From an uncultured Gemmatimonadales bacterium (GTDB taxonomy: Bacteria; Gemmatimonadota; Gemmatimonadetes; Longimicrobiales; RSA9), in assembly GCA_963741945.1 (NCBI GenBank), contig CAVUKA010000001.1:1024001-1088000 (forward strand): DNA of 64,000 nucleotides. Direction: 5' to 3'. Of the stretch, positions 1-10,200 are shown one piece after another. Numbering within the stretch: position 1 is the first letter of the stretch; every line of letters starts with the position of its first letter. The position numbers were made by a program, and so were the translations under genes. Under the pieces are notes generated by a model. That model searched no databases. It was given only the letters and a program-made list of their open reading frames with translations, and was not told the origin of the DNA.

Positions 1-673
1 GGTCACGATCCGCGCCGGTGAACGCGCCACGTACGTACCCGAAGAGCTCGGACTCCAGCAGGTTCTCCGGGATGGCGCCGCAGTTCACGGCCACGAACGC
101 GCCCCCGGACCGCTCGCTCTCGTCGTGGATGAGCCGCGCGATGAGCTCCTTCCCGGTCCCGCTCTCGCCGGTCACGAGCACCGTGGACGGGTACCGCGCC
201 ACCTTGGACGCGGTCTCGACGGCCTTCTTCATGGCCGGCGACCGCGCGATGATCCCGGTGAAGCGGCGGTCGACGGTGACCTCCTCGCGGAGGCGACGCA
301 CTTCCTGTCGGAGCGCCTCCCTCTCCTCCGCCTTCTTCAGCGTCAGGACCAGCTCGTCCGCGCTGAACGGCTTGGCGATGTAGTCGTACGCCCCCTTCTT
401 CATGGCTTCCACGGCCAGCTCCGTGCTGCCATAGGCGGTCATGACGATGACCAGCGCTTCCCCGCCCTCCGCCCGGTACCGCTCGAGGAACTCGAGGCCC
501 GGCATGCCCGGCATGCGCACGTCGGTGAGGACCGTGTCCGGGTCGAGGGAGAGCGCCTTCTCCAGGCCTTCCTTTCCGTCCGAGGCGGTGTGGACCTGGT
601 ATCCCTCCTCGGACAGGATCATGGACACCGTCTGGCGCAGACTCGGCTCGTCGTCGATGATCAGCACCTTCAT
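1..673 (-). CDS. Sigma54-dependent response regulator (REC + AAA+), truncated by window edge; PilR2/AtoC-like
   Basis: Minus strand reads [20 protein letters not shown]..., later [19 protein letters not shown] and [33 protein letters not shown] overlap with the upstream kinase. Confidence 0.9.
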   Translation of the reverse strand, partial: MKVLIIDDEPSLRQTVSMILSEEGYQVHTASDGKEGLEKALSLDPDTVLTDVRMPGMPGLEFLERYRAEGGEALVIVMTAYGSTELAVEAMKKGAYDYIAKPFSADELVLTLKKAEEREALRQEVRRLREEVTVDRRFTGIIARSPAMKKAVETASKVARYPSTVLVTGESGTGKELIARLIHDESERSGGAFVAVNCGAIPENLLESELFGYVRGAFTGADRD

Positions 674-1932
674 GGCGCCAAGGCCTCCGCTGGCTGGTCG
701 GATGCGGGGAGCTGGATCGTGAACTCCGCGCCTTCCTCAGTATTGCATGCCCGGATGGTCCCGTCCATCCCGTCGATCAGCCGCGCGCTCACGGCCAGCC
801 CCAGGCCCGTGCCCTTGCCGGGCTCCTTCGTGGTCATGAACGGCTCGAACAGCCGGGGCAGGACGCTCTCCGGGATCCCGGTGCCGCTGTCCGCCACCGT
901 CAGCTCCACGATCAGCTGGTCGGGCTCGAACGGGTGGAGTCGGGGCACCGGCTCCGGCCGATTGTAACGGCGGCGGTGCGAGTAGTCGATCCCCGGCGGG
1001 TCGTCGCGTCGCCGAGCCGGCGTGTAGATCGGCGCCTCGTACCGGCGGGCGACGGAAGCGATCCGCACGCGCCGGGTCTCCCGGTCCTCCATGGCGTCCG
1101 CGGCGTTCAGCAGCAGGTTCACCAGCACCTGCTCGAGCTGGTACGGGTCGGCGGAGACGGCCGGCAGGTCACCGGAGAGGGAGGTGATGATCTCGACACC
1201 ATTCAGGCGGGGCTGCGACCGGGCCAGCTCCAGCGTCTTCGCCACCACCGCGTCCACGTCGATGGGCCGGACCTTGGGCTCCCGGGCGCGCGAGTAGTCG
1301 ACCAGGCCGCGAACGATCCGATCAATGCGCACCACCTGCTCCAGCGACGCTTCCACCAGCTCCAGCTCCAGCCCCTCCACTCGTCGCTTCAGCAGGTCCA
1401 TGTTCCCCATGATGGCGGCCAGCGGATTGCCGATCTCGTGGGCCACGCCCGCCGCCATCTGCCCCAGCGACGCCATCTTCTCCGCCCGGATCAGCTCGTC
1501 CCTCGCCGCCGTCAGATCCAGGTTCGTCCGCTGCAGCGACTGGACGTTGCGCGAAAGCTCCATCTGGTGGTTGATCAGCCGCTCCGCCATCCGGTTCAGC
1601 GCGTCCGAAAGACGGTCGATCTCCTCCGAGTCGCTGCGCGGCAGCCGACGCGCGTAGTCGCCCTCCGCGATCGCCTCCGCCTCCTCCACCATCCGGTCCA
1701 GCGGGTACAGCACGCGCGTGCGCACGAGCCACCGCCCGAACACGAAGAAGACCGCCAGGTCGGCCACCACCAGCAGAGAGAGATAGAGGAGCCCTTCCAG
1801 CGGTGAGGCGAACGTCGGAAGCAGGAGCGCGGCACCGATCACCGCCACCGCCAGTGCGCCCGCGAACACAATGGCAAACGCCGCGAGAAGCTCGCGGCGC
1901 AGGCTGTTGCGAGACGTGCCGGCCTCCTTCAC
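670..1932 (-). CDS. HAMP-domain sensor histidine kinase (PilS2-like)
   Basis: Two TM helices, HAMP, H-box [11 protein letters not shown]-box [10 protein letters not shown] boxes DSGTG/GTGLGL; GTG start inferred from GTGA overlap with pilin stop. Confidence 0.9.
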   Translation of the reverse strand: MKEAGTSRNSLRRELLAAFAIVFAGALAVAVIGAALLLPTFASPLEGLLYLSLLVVADLAVFFVFGRWLVRTRVLYPLDRMVEEAEAIAEGDYARRLPRSDSEEIDRLSDALNRMAERLINHQMELSRNVQSLQRTNLDLTAARDELIRAEKMASLGQMAAGVAHEIGNPLAAIMGNMDLLKRRVEGLELELVEASLEQVVRIDRIVRGLVDYSRAREPKVRPIDVDAVVAKTLELARSQPRLNGVEIITSLSGDLPAVSADPYQLEQVLVNLLLNAADAMEDRETRRVRIASVARRYEAPIYTPARRRDDPPGIDYSHRRRYNRPEPVPRLHPFEPDQLIVELTVADSGTGIPESVLPRLFEPFMTTKEPGKGTGLGLAVSARLIDGMDGTIRACNTEEGAEFTIQLPASDQPAEALAP

Positions 1933-2339
1933 TGGCAGGTGATCCGCCCTTCCACCGTGGCCGGTCCGGCGCTCCCCTCGGGCACCGTGCCGCGGAAGAC
2001 GCCGCACGTGATGCCGGGGAGCGCCCGGTGCACGGCGGTGGCGGCATACGCCCTTGGCTCCAGGTGCGTGAGCTGCACCGTCACCCCCGACGTCGTGCGG
2101 AAATCATCCAGATCGGCCAGGTCGCCGTAGTGCATTGTGCGCTGATTGACGCTCTCCTCCTCGATCGAGAGCGTCCGGAGGTCGGTCTTCATGGTGGCGA
2201 GATAGGCCCGGTCCGAGACCGGCCGCACCTTCGCGATGGCGATCGTCGCCAGGATACCGAGGATCACCACCACGATCAGCAACTCGATCAGCGTGAAGCC
2301 CGGGCGCCTGATAATCGCCACTTTCCCGCTCCTTGGCAT
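1929..2339 (-). CDS. Type IV pilin (second/minor pilin)
   Basis: Prepilin motif G|FTLIELLIVVVILGILATIAI with E5; C-terminal Cys pair. Confidence 0.9.
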   Translation of the reverse strand: MPRSGKVAIIRRPGFTLIELLIVVVILGILATIAIAKVRPVSDRAYLATMKTDLRTLSIEEESVNQRTMHYGDLADLDDFRTTSGVTVQLTHLEPRAYAATAVHRALPGITCGVFRGTVPEGSAGPATVEGRITCQ

Positions 2340-2413
2340 CGGGATGTCGCACGCGTCGAATGAGAAAGTACTCGCGCCATTCCACCTCGCAAGCGATCAG
2401 CATGTCACAGGCG

Positions 2414-2452
2414 CCAAAACAGAGGGGGTGGGGGGACGTCCCCCACCCCCTC
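2414..2452 (-). terminator. Intrinsic terminator after major pilin
   Basis: Perfect 13-bp stem gagggggtggggg/cccccaccccctc (2422-2434/2440-2452), 5-nt loop, followed by TGTTTT on the minus strand. Confidence 0.8.
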
Positions 2453-2475
2453 CGTTCCGGCTGCTTGACAGTGCG

Positions 2476-2910
2476 TCAGTCGTCGCAGACGGGCGCGCCC
2501 ATCTGAGTCGGATAGGCGACGGCCGTACCGCCGGGTGTCTCTAGGCCCGGATCAGCGGTGAACTCGCCATACCCAATGGCGCAACCCTTACCGTCCAATG
2601 CCATGTGTTCAGCCGTCGCGGTCCACGCCTGGTAGGGCGCAGCGCCTTTCAGAGTGATCGTCAGTGTCACGCCATTGCTATGGCTGAATTCGATGGCCGT
2701 GGTGTCGTTGGTGTACGAGTAGGACCCGCTCGTCTGATAGTACATCTCCTCGGCGCTGCGGAGGCTGTTCAGGTCGGACTTGAGCGTCGTGAAATACGCC
2801 GCCTCACGCGTCTTGCCGAACTTCGGCAGCGCGATCGCCGCCAGGATGCCGATGATCACGACCACGATCAGCAGCTCGATCAGGGTGAAGCCCTTACGGT
2901 TCCGAAGCAT
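2476..2910 (-). CDS. pilA: Major type IVa pilin
   Basis: MLRNRKG|FTLIELLIVVVIIGILAAIALPKF; AGGAG RBS; own sigma54 promoter and terminator; C-terminal Cys pair. Confidence 0.9.
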   Translation of the reverse strand: MLRNRKGFTLIELLIVVVIIGILAAIALPKFGKTREAAYFTTLKSDLNSLRSAEEMYYQTSGSYSYTNDTTAIEFSHSNGVTLTITLKGAAPYQAWTATAEHMALDGKGCAIGYGEFTADPGLETPGGTAVAYPTQMGAPVCDD

Positions 2911-2977
2911 CGTTGCTCCTTGTTGTGTGACAGGCCGGGGAATGGCCACTCGGTTACGAAGTGCCGCGGTAGTGGAG

Positions 2978-2993
2978 TGCAACGCCTGTGCCC
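2978..2993 (-). promoter_or_regulatory. Sigma54 -24/-12 promoter of pilA
   Basis: Minus strand GGGCACAGGCGTTGCA, exact GG-N10-GC with GGCAC and TTGCA, about 70 bp upstream of pilA. Confidence 0.8.
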
Positions 2994-3147
2994 CATCGAG
3001 CATGGCCGGCGCGAGGCAGTACCAAGTTGTTACCCAGCACCAGATTACGTGAGGCGGACGGAGGCAGGAACGGCTCGTCGTCGGCGTTTTTCGGCCTTGC
3101 ATACTGCGAATCGCTTGCACATCACCACGACCGAATGGCGTCGCCGC

Positions 3148-3921
3148 TCAGGCGTCACGGGCCACGCTGCCCACGGGATCGGCGGCGGCGCGGGATGCGG
3201 CGGGGCGGCGGCGGTGGGCGAACACGTTGAAGCGAACGATGTGCCAGAGCGCGGCCACGCCATCCTTCCAGCCGATCTTCTTCCCCTCTGCGTAGGTGCG
3301 GCCGTGATAGCTGATGGGGACCTCGTAGATGCGGGCGCCGGACTGGGCGAGGCGTGCGACGAGCTCCGGTTCGATGCCGAAGCGCTCGGCGCGGAGCGGG
3401 AGCCGCTTGGCCAGGTCCGTGCGCATCATCTTGTAGCAGGTCTCCATGTCCGTGAGGTTCAGGTCGGTGAGCATGTTGGACAGGAGCGTGAGCAGGCCGT
3501 TGCCGATGCTGTGCCAGAAGTAGAGCACGCGGTGGGGGCCGCCGAGGAAGCGGCTGCCGAGCACCGCATCCGCCCGGTCGCGGGCGATGGGGTCGAGGAG
3601 CGCAATGAGCTCGCCGGGGTCGTATTCGAGGTCGGCATCCTGGACCACCACGGCGTCGCCGGACGCGGCCTGGATCCCCGCCCGTACGGCGGCGCCCTTG
3701 CCGCGGTTCGGGTGGTGCCGGATCAGCACGTCCACGAGGCCGCCCGCCTCCAGCGCCCGGAGCACCTCGCCCGTGCCATCGGTGGAGCCATCGTCGATGG
3801 TGATGATCTCCAGGTCGAGGGGGACCTCGCGCACCCGGCGCACCACCTGCTCGACGGTGCCCGCCTCGTTGTAGACGGGGATGATGACGGAGAGGCGGAA
3901 CGGGGAGGTCGGGTCCGTCAT
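3148..3921 (-). CDS. Glycosyltransferase family 2 (DPM1/polyprenol-phosphate glycosyltransferase-like)
   Basis: SVIIPVYNE, DDGSTDGT, NRGKGAA, QDADLEYDP, TDMETCYK motifs. Confidence 0.9.
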   Translation of the reverse strand: MTDPTSPFRLSVIIPVYNEAGTVEQVVRRVREVPLDLEIITIDDGSTDGTGEVLRALEAGGLVDVLIRHHPNRGKGAAVRAGIQAASGDAVVVQDADLEYDPGELIALLDPIARDRADAVLGSRFLGGPHRVLYFWHSIGNGLLTLLSNMLTDLNLTDMETCYKMMRTDLAKRLPLRAERFGIEPELVARLAQSGARIYEVPISYHGRTYAEGKKIGWKDGVAALWHIVRFNVFAHRRRPAASRAAADPVGSVARDA

Positions 3922-5279
3922 TCTGTGACTCCGTAGCGGTTGAGCTTCCGGTAGAGTGTGGACGGGTCGATGCCGAGGACTTCGGCGGCGCGGGCCTTGT
4001 TGCCGCCTTCGGACTGCAGGACCCAGAGGACGTAGGCCCGCTCCACGGCCTCGAGTGTCGGGTTCGTCGGCTCGCGCTCGGAGACCAGGCTCTCGGCCGG
4101 GGGCTCCACCACGCGTTTCGGGAGGTGGTCCCGGCCGATCTCGCCGCCACGGGCGAGCACCGCCGCGCGCTCGAGCGCGTTCTCCAGCTCGCGGACGTTG
4201 CCCGGCCAGTCGTAGCGCCGCAGGCGGTCTCTCGCATCCTCGGAGACCGAGAGCGCCGCGGCGTCGCCGTTGGACGCCGTGCGCTCGAGGAAGTACTCGG
4301 CCAGCAGCACCACGTCATCCGGCCGCTCGCGCAGCGGCGGCATGTGCAGCGAGATGACGTTCAGCCGGTAGTACAGGTCCGTCCGGAACGTGCCCCTCCG
4401 GATCTCGTGCTCGAGGTCCCGGTTCGTGGCGGCGACGACGCGCACGTCGATGTCCACCGGCCGCGTCGAGCCCACGGGCACCACCTCCCGCTCCTGCAAG
4501 GCGCGCAGCAGCTTCACCTGGAGCGCGGCCGACATCTCGCCCACCTCATCGAGGAAGAATGTCCCGCCCCGGGCCGAGACGAGGAGCCCCTCGTTGTCCC
4601 GGACCGCGCCCGTGAAGGAGCCCTTCACGTGGCCGAACAGCTCCGACTCCAGCAGGTTCTCCGGCAGCGCTCCGCAGTTCACCGACACGAACGGGCCATC
4701 GGCGCGCTGCGACAGGGCGTGAAGGTAGCGCGCCAGCACTTCCTTTCCGGTGCCGCTCTCGCCGGTGATGAGGACCGTGGAATCGGTGGGCGCCACGGTC
4801 TCGGCGAGATCGAGGACGTCGAGGAAAGCGCGGTCGCGGCCCACCGGCCGGCCCTCCCGGAAGCTCTCGCGACGCTGGATCTCGCGCCGGAGCGCCACGT
4901 TCTCCCGCTTCAGCGCGCGCGTCTCCGTGGCGCGGCGGCAGAGCGCCACCAGGTCCGCGTTCGGGAACGGCTTCTGGAGGTAGTAGAACGCCCCCTGGTT
5001 CACGGCGTCGATGGCGGATTGCAGTGACGCCTGGGCGGTCATGAGAATGACCGGCAGCTCCGGATCCCGCTCCCGCAGGTCGGAAAGGAGCTGAAGCCCG
5101 CTCGTGCCGGGCATCCGGATGTCGGTGAGCACCAGGTCCGGAGCGAAGGACGGGCACCGCTCCAGCGCCTCCGCGGCGCTGGTGGTCACCGCCACGTCGA
5201 AACCTTCACCGCGCAGGAGGATCTCCAGCGTGTTCAGGATCGACCGCTCGTCGTCCACCACCAGGATCTTCGGCTTCAT
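3918..5279 (-). CDS. pilR: Sigma54-dependent response regulator, PilR-like
   Basis: REC domain, [33 protein letters not shown], Fis-type HTH; lies between a PilS-like kinase and pilA. Confidence 0.8.
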   Translation of the reverse strand: MKPKILVVDDERSILNTLEILLRGEGFDVAVTTSAAEALERCPSFAPDLVLTDIRMPGTSGLQLLSDLRERDPELPVILMTAQASLQSAIDAVNQGAFYYLQKPFPNADLVALCRRATETRALKRENVALRREIQRRESFREGRPVGRDRAFLDVLDLAETVAPTDSTVLITGESGTGKEVLARYLHALSQRADGPFVSVNCGALPENLLESELFGHVKGSFTGAVRDNEGLLVSARGGTFFLDEVGEMSAALQVKLLRALQEREVVPVGSTRPVDIDVRVVAATNRDLEHEIRRGTFRTDLYYRLNVISLHMPPLRERPDDVVLLAEYFLERTASNGDAAALSVSEDARDRLRRYDWPGNVRELENALERAAVLARGGEIGRDHLPKRVVEPPAESLVSEREPTNPTLEAVERAYVLWVLQSEGGNKARAAEVLGIDPSTLYRKLNRYGVTE

Positions 5280-6937
5280 CGTTCCCGCTGCCCCGCGCGC
5301 CTGGGGAGGAAGACCGTGAACGTGGTCCCCTGGCCCGGCTCACTGTCGATCAGGATCATGCCCTCGTGCGCTTCCACGGCCCGGTGCACCAGCGCCAGCC
5401 CGAGTCCGCTCCCACCCTCGCGCGTGGTGAAGAACGGGTCGAACACCCGCGACACGGCCGCCGCGGGGATTCCGGCGCCCGTGTCGCTCACCGCCAGCCT
5501 CACCCCGTCATCGAACCCGGCGCCCGGCGGCAGGTCCCGCTCGCCCGCGGGCCCGACCGAAACACGCACCTCCGCCCCCGGCGGCGAATGCTGGATCGCG
5601 TTCAGCACGAGGTTGAACACCACGCGGTGCAGCAGGTCCGCATCCCCCGCCAGCCCGGCGTCGCCGCCCGCCTCGATGACCACGGGGGCGCCGTTCCGGG
5701 CGTCCGGATGCTGCCGCGCCACGTCCACCACCGATCTCGCCACCGCCGCCAGGTCCACTTCCGTGCGCTCGCGCAGCTCCACGCGGCTGAACTCGATGAA
5801 CCCGGACAGGAGGCGACTCAGGCGATCCGATTCCATCGTCACCAGCTCGCCCAGGACCTTCCGGTCCTCACCCCGGAGCGCGCGGCCGTTGCGCGTAAGC
5901 TGCTCCACCGCGCTCCGGATCGATGCCAGCGGGTTCTTGATCTCGTGCGCCAGCGACGCCGCCAGCTCCGCCACCGCCTCCAGCCGCTCCGCCCTGCGGC
6001 TCGCCGCCTCCGCACGCTTCGTGTCCGTGATGTCCTGCACCGCCAGCGTCACCCAGGGCTGCTCGTCACGCCCCAGCGCCGCCGTGCGGACACCCAGCAC
6101 CCGGACCTCCGGCGTCGCCCGCGTGTGCGTCTCGAACCAGTGCACCGGCCCCCGCGTCAACAGCGTCTCGCGGACCACACGGGACAGTCCGGGCGCCGCA
6201 CGATCCATGGCGTCCAGCGCATCACGACCGAGCCACTCCCCCGCCCGAAGACCGAGAAGGAGCTCCGCGGCCGGGTTGATGTAGACCAGCGCGCCGGCCG
6301 AGTCGACCGTCGCCACCCCCGTGTCCAGCGCACCCAGGATGTCGTCCGTATCCAGCTGCAGCTGCCGCAGCTCCGACTCCACCGTCCCCAGCCGCGTTCC
6401 CGCCCGCCGCAGACGGTCGCCCAGCCACACCGTCACCAGCGCGAGCAGCGCGAACAGCACCAGCCGCGTCAGCACCCCCGGGTCCAGCGGCTCCATGAGC
6501 ACCGCCCCGCCGGAAACCACCGACAGCACGCCCCCCCACACCGCATCCACGAAGTACAGCAGCATCGCCAGCGCAGCCACCAGGAACCCGCCGCGCACCG
6601 GCAGAAGCACCGACGCCTCCGCGATCACCAGCACGAACAGCGGCGCGAAATCACTTTCACCGCGCCCCGTCAGGTGCACCACCAGCGTGGCCACCACCAC
6701 ATCGAAAAGCGCCTGCGCATACAGGAAGTTCGTCGATGGGACCCGGCCAGCCACGTGCGTCTCCCAGTAGCTGACCATCGTGAATCCCAGCGCCGTCACC
6801 AGCAGCAGCGTGGCCACCATCGTGGTCTCGGGCGCCACCAGCGGACGCCGCCAGACCAGCAGCGCTGCCGCGAAAATGCCGCCCGCCAGCGTCAGCCGCG
6901 CCAGGTAGATCCAGCGCAGAAAGGCGGTGGAGAACAT
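5276..6937 (-). CDS. pilS: Membrane sensor histidine kinase, PilS-like
   Basis: Multi-TM N-terminus (LRWIYLARL...HLTG..SDFAPLF), PAS-like region, AHEIKNPL, GSGLGL; ATG 6937 chosen over the longer ORF. Confidence 0.8.
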   Translation of the reverse strand: MFSTAFLRWIYLARLTLAGGIFAAALLVWRRPLVAPETTMVATLLLVTALGFTMVSYWETHVAGRVPSTNFLYAQALFDVVVATLVVHLTGRGESDFAPLFVLVIAEASVLLPVRGGFLVAALAMLLYFVDAVWGGVLSVVSGGAVLMEPLDPGVLTRLVLFALLALVTVWLGDRLRRAGTRLGTVESELRQLQLDTDDILGALDTGVATVDSAGALVYINPAAELLLGLRAGEWLGRDALDAMDRAAPGLSRVVRETLLTRGPVHWFETHTRATPEVRVLGVRTAALGRDEQPWVTLAVQDITDTKRAEAASRRAERLEAVAELAASLAHEIKNPLASIRSAVEQLTRNGRALRGEDRKVLGELVTMESDRLSRLLSGFIEFSRVELRERTEVDLAAVARSVVDVARQHPDARNGAPVVIEAGGDAGLAGDADLLHRVVFNLVLNAIQHSPPGAEVRVSVGPAGERDLPPGAGFDDGVRLAVSDTGAGIPAAAVSRVFDPFFTTREGGSGLGLALVHRAVEAHEGMILIDSEPGQGTTFTVFLPRRAGQRER

Positions 6938-7074
6938 GGCGACAAGGCTAGTGGCCGCTGTTGCAGATTGCAAGCATGCTGGATTGCAAATTCCAAGCGG
7001 CCTCGGGGGAGGGAACGGAAGCGGGGGGGCGGCGGTACTGATTCGGTTGACGGTGGAGGTGAAGGGGGCGGCGG

Positions 7075-7091
7075 TTGGTACACGCTTTGCG
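7075..7091 (+). promoter_or_regulatory. Candidate sigma54 promoter for the Omp85/PD40 gene
   Basis: TTGGTACACGCTTTGCG with GG-N10-GC, about 170 bp upstream of ATG 7260. Confidence 0.6.
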
Positions 7092-7259
7092 CGCAGGCGC
7101 GTTCTTAGAAGCAGGGGGGCGGTCAGCGGCAGGGGGCGGTGAGAAGAGGGGGTCGGTCGGGCGAAGCCAGGGCCGGCGTCAGGACCGGAGAGCGGGCGTG
7201 GGCGGGGCGAGAGCACGGAGCACGCGGTCCCGAGCGGGGGCGCAGCGAGAGGAGACGGG

Positions 7260-10200
7260 ATGGCTGAAGCGAGGGTGAACGAGCGGAGAGCGCGGGCGGG
7301 CGTGGTACTGCTGTCTGCGCTGCTGGTGCTCGGGGTGGTGCCCGCGACGGCGAGCGCGCAGTACTTCGGGCGCAACAAGGTGCAGTACGAGGAGTTCGAC
7401 TGGCGGGAGATGCACACGGACCACTTCGACTTCTACTTCTATCCGCAGGAGCGGGTAGCGGTGGAGGATGCGGGGCGGATGGGGGAGCGGTGGTACGCGC
7501 GGCTGTCGCGGGTGTTCAACCACCAGTTCAGCGGGGAGAAGCCGATCGTCCTGTACGCGAACCACCCGGACTTCCAGCAGACGAACACGACGGAGAGCCA
7601 GGTCGGTGAGGGCACGGGGGGGTTCACGGAATCGGTGAAGAACCGGGTGGTGCTTCCGCTGACGGGGGTGTACGCGGACAACGACCACGTGATCGGGCAT
7701 GAGCTGGTGCACGCGTTCCAGTACGACATCGCGCAGAAGATGGGTGCGATGGGGCAGCAGGGGATGGGGAGTCTGCCGCTGTGGCTGATCGAGGGGATGG
7801 CGGAGTACCTGTCGAAGGGGCGGGACGACCCGTTGACGGCGATGTGGATGCGGGACGCGGCGCTGCGTGGAGACCTGCCGTCGTTCGAGCAGCTGACATC
7901 GGACCGGCGCTTCTTCCCGTATCGGTACGGTCAGGCACTGTGGGCGTACATCGGGGGTCGCTGGGGTGATCGCGCGGTGACGGACCTGTTCAAGGCGTCG
8001 CTGCAGGACGGGTGGGGTGGGGCGGTGCGGCGGGTGCTCCGGACCACGTCGGACCAGCTGAGCCAGGACTGGCTGTCGGCACTGCGCGCGCACTACCTGC
8101 CGCTGATGGAAGGGAAGGAGCGGCCGGGTGAAGTCGCGAAGAAGATCCTGGCCAAGGACATCAATGCCGGGGACATGAACGTGGGCCCGGCGTTGAGCCC
8201 TGATGGTCAGTACGTGGCCTTCTACAGTGAGCGGGCGCTGTTCGAGATCTCTCTCTTCCTGGCGGATGCCCACACGGGGAAGGTCGTGAAGAAGGTGGCG
8301 GACAGTGAGACGAGCCTGCACTTCGACGCGCTGAGCTTCCTGGAGTCGGCGGGTGCGTGGTCGCCGGACGGCACCGAGATGGCGTTCACGGCGTTCGCGG
8401 AGGGGAACGAGGAGCTGGCGGTGATCCGGCTTTCGGACCGGGAGGTGGTGAAGCACATCACGATCGAGGGCGTGGGCGCGCTGAACTCGCCCGCGTGGTC
8501 GCCGGACGGGCGAACAATGGCGGTTTCGGGGAACCGGGGCGGCATCAGCAACCTGTACCTGGTGGACGTGGCGACGGGCCATACGGAGCAGCTGACGGAC
8601 GATCGGTACGCGGAGCTTCAGCCGTCGTGGTCACCGGACGGGCGGACGCTGGCGTTCGTGACGGACCGAGGGGGTACGAACCTTCAGACGCTCGAATACG
8701 GGAACATGCGGATCGGCCTACTGGACGTGGGCACCGGTCAGGTGCGCATGCTGGACCTGTTCGAGGGCGGCAAGCACATCGACCCGCACTTCGGCCCGAA
8801 CGGTGACTGGCTGTACTTCATCAGCGACGCGGACGGGTTCCAGGACGTGTACCGGGTGCGGCTGGCCACGGGCGACATCGAGCGGATCACGCGCATCGCC
8901 ACGGGGGTGAGCGGGATCACGGACCTCTCGCCCGCGCTGACGATCGCGCAGCAGACGGGCGACATCATGTTCTCCGTCTTCAACGAGGGGAACTACACGG
9001 TCTACCGGATGGACGCCGCGCAGGTGGCAGCGCGCGCGGAGGCGGTCCACACGCGTTTCGCGGGCGTGCAGCCGGCGGCGATCCTGCCGCCCGTGGAGGC
9101 CGCGGAGCGCGGGATCGTGGCGTCGTACATGTCCGAGCCGCTCCGCGGGCTGCCCCGGGACACGGTGTTCCCGATCAGCAATTACGGGGCGCGGCTGGGG
9201 CTGGACTACGTGGGCGTGCCCACGCTGGGCGCATCGTTCGGCGGACCGTTCGGCACGATGGTGCAGGGAGCGGTGGCCACGTACTGGAGCGACATGCTGG
9301 GCAACCGGCAGCTCATGGCCGCGGTGCAGGCGAACGGCACGTTCAAGGACGTGGGCGGGCAGGCCCAGTACGTGAACCGCGCCGGCCACCTGAACTGGGG
9401 TGTGCTCGCGGGGCACATCCCGTATCGGCTGGGCTACTACGGGTTCACTCCCGGGTCCAGCTTCAAGGGACAGCCGGCTCTCGAGCAGGACCTCCAGCTG
9501 TTCCGTATCTACCAGGACCAGGCCATGGCGCTGTTCGAGTTCCCGCGCTCGCAGACGCGCCGGTTCGAGGTCAACGCGGGCTACGCCCGCTACGCGTTCG
9601 GGCTGGAGACGCTGCGGGTGTACTACGACCCGGTAACGGGTCGGCAGCTGGGGAGCGAGACGACCACGGACGAGGTCCCCGCGCCGTTCGATCACCCGCT
9701 CAACATGGGGACGGCCACGTTCGCCTACGTGGGCGACTGGTCGAACTTCGGCTTCACCTCCCCCGTCCGGGGCGGCCGGTTCCGGTTCGAAGTCTCGCCC
9801 ATGGTGGGCGACCTGAACGTCGTGAACGCGCTGGCCGACTACCGGCGCTACTTCTGGCGCTATCCGTTCACGTTCGCCGTTCGCGGAATGCACTACGGCC
9901 GCTACGGGCCGGACGCCGAGAGCGGGAACCCGCTCTTCACGCAGCAGCTGTTCCTGGGATACGAGACGCTGGTGCGGGGCTACAACTACAACTCGTTCAA
10001 CCGGAGCGAATGCGTGACGGCCAACGGCTCGGAGGATCCCAACTGCGGGATCTTCGGAAAGCTGTTCGGGTCGAAGGTGGCCGTGGCCAGCGCGGAGCTG
10101 AGGGTGCCGGTCTTCGGCGTCCCGGGCTTCGGGCTGATCAACTTCCCGTTCGTCCCGACCGAGCTGGCGGGGTTCGTGGACGCGGGCGTGGCCTGGAACA

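Noticed and set aside
5276-7417. 713-aa version of the PilS-like kinase and similar N-terminal extensions in the ORF track
   Set aside because: The extensions are low-complexity, cross intergenic or regulatory DNA or overlap neighbours; downstream starts fit better
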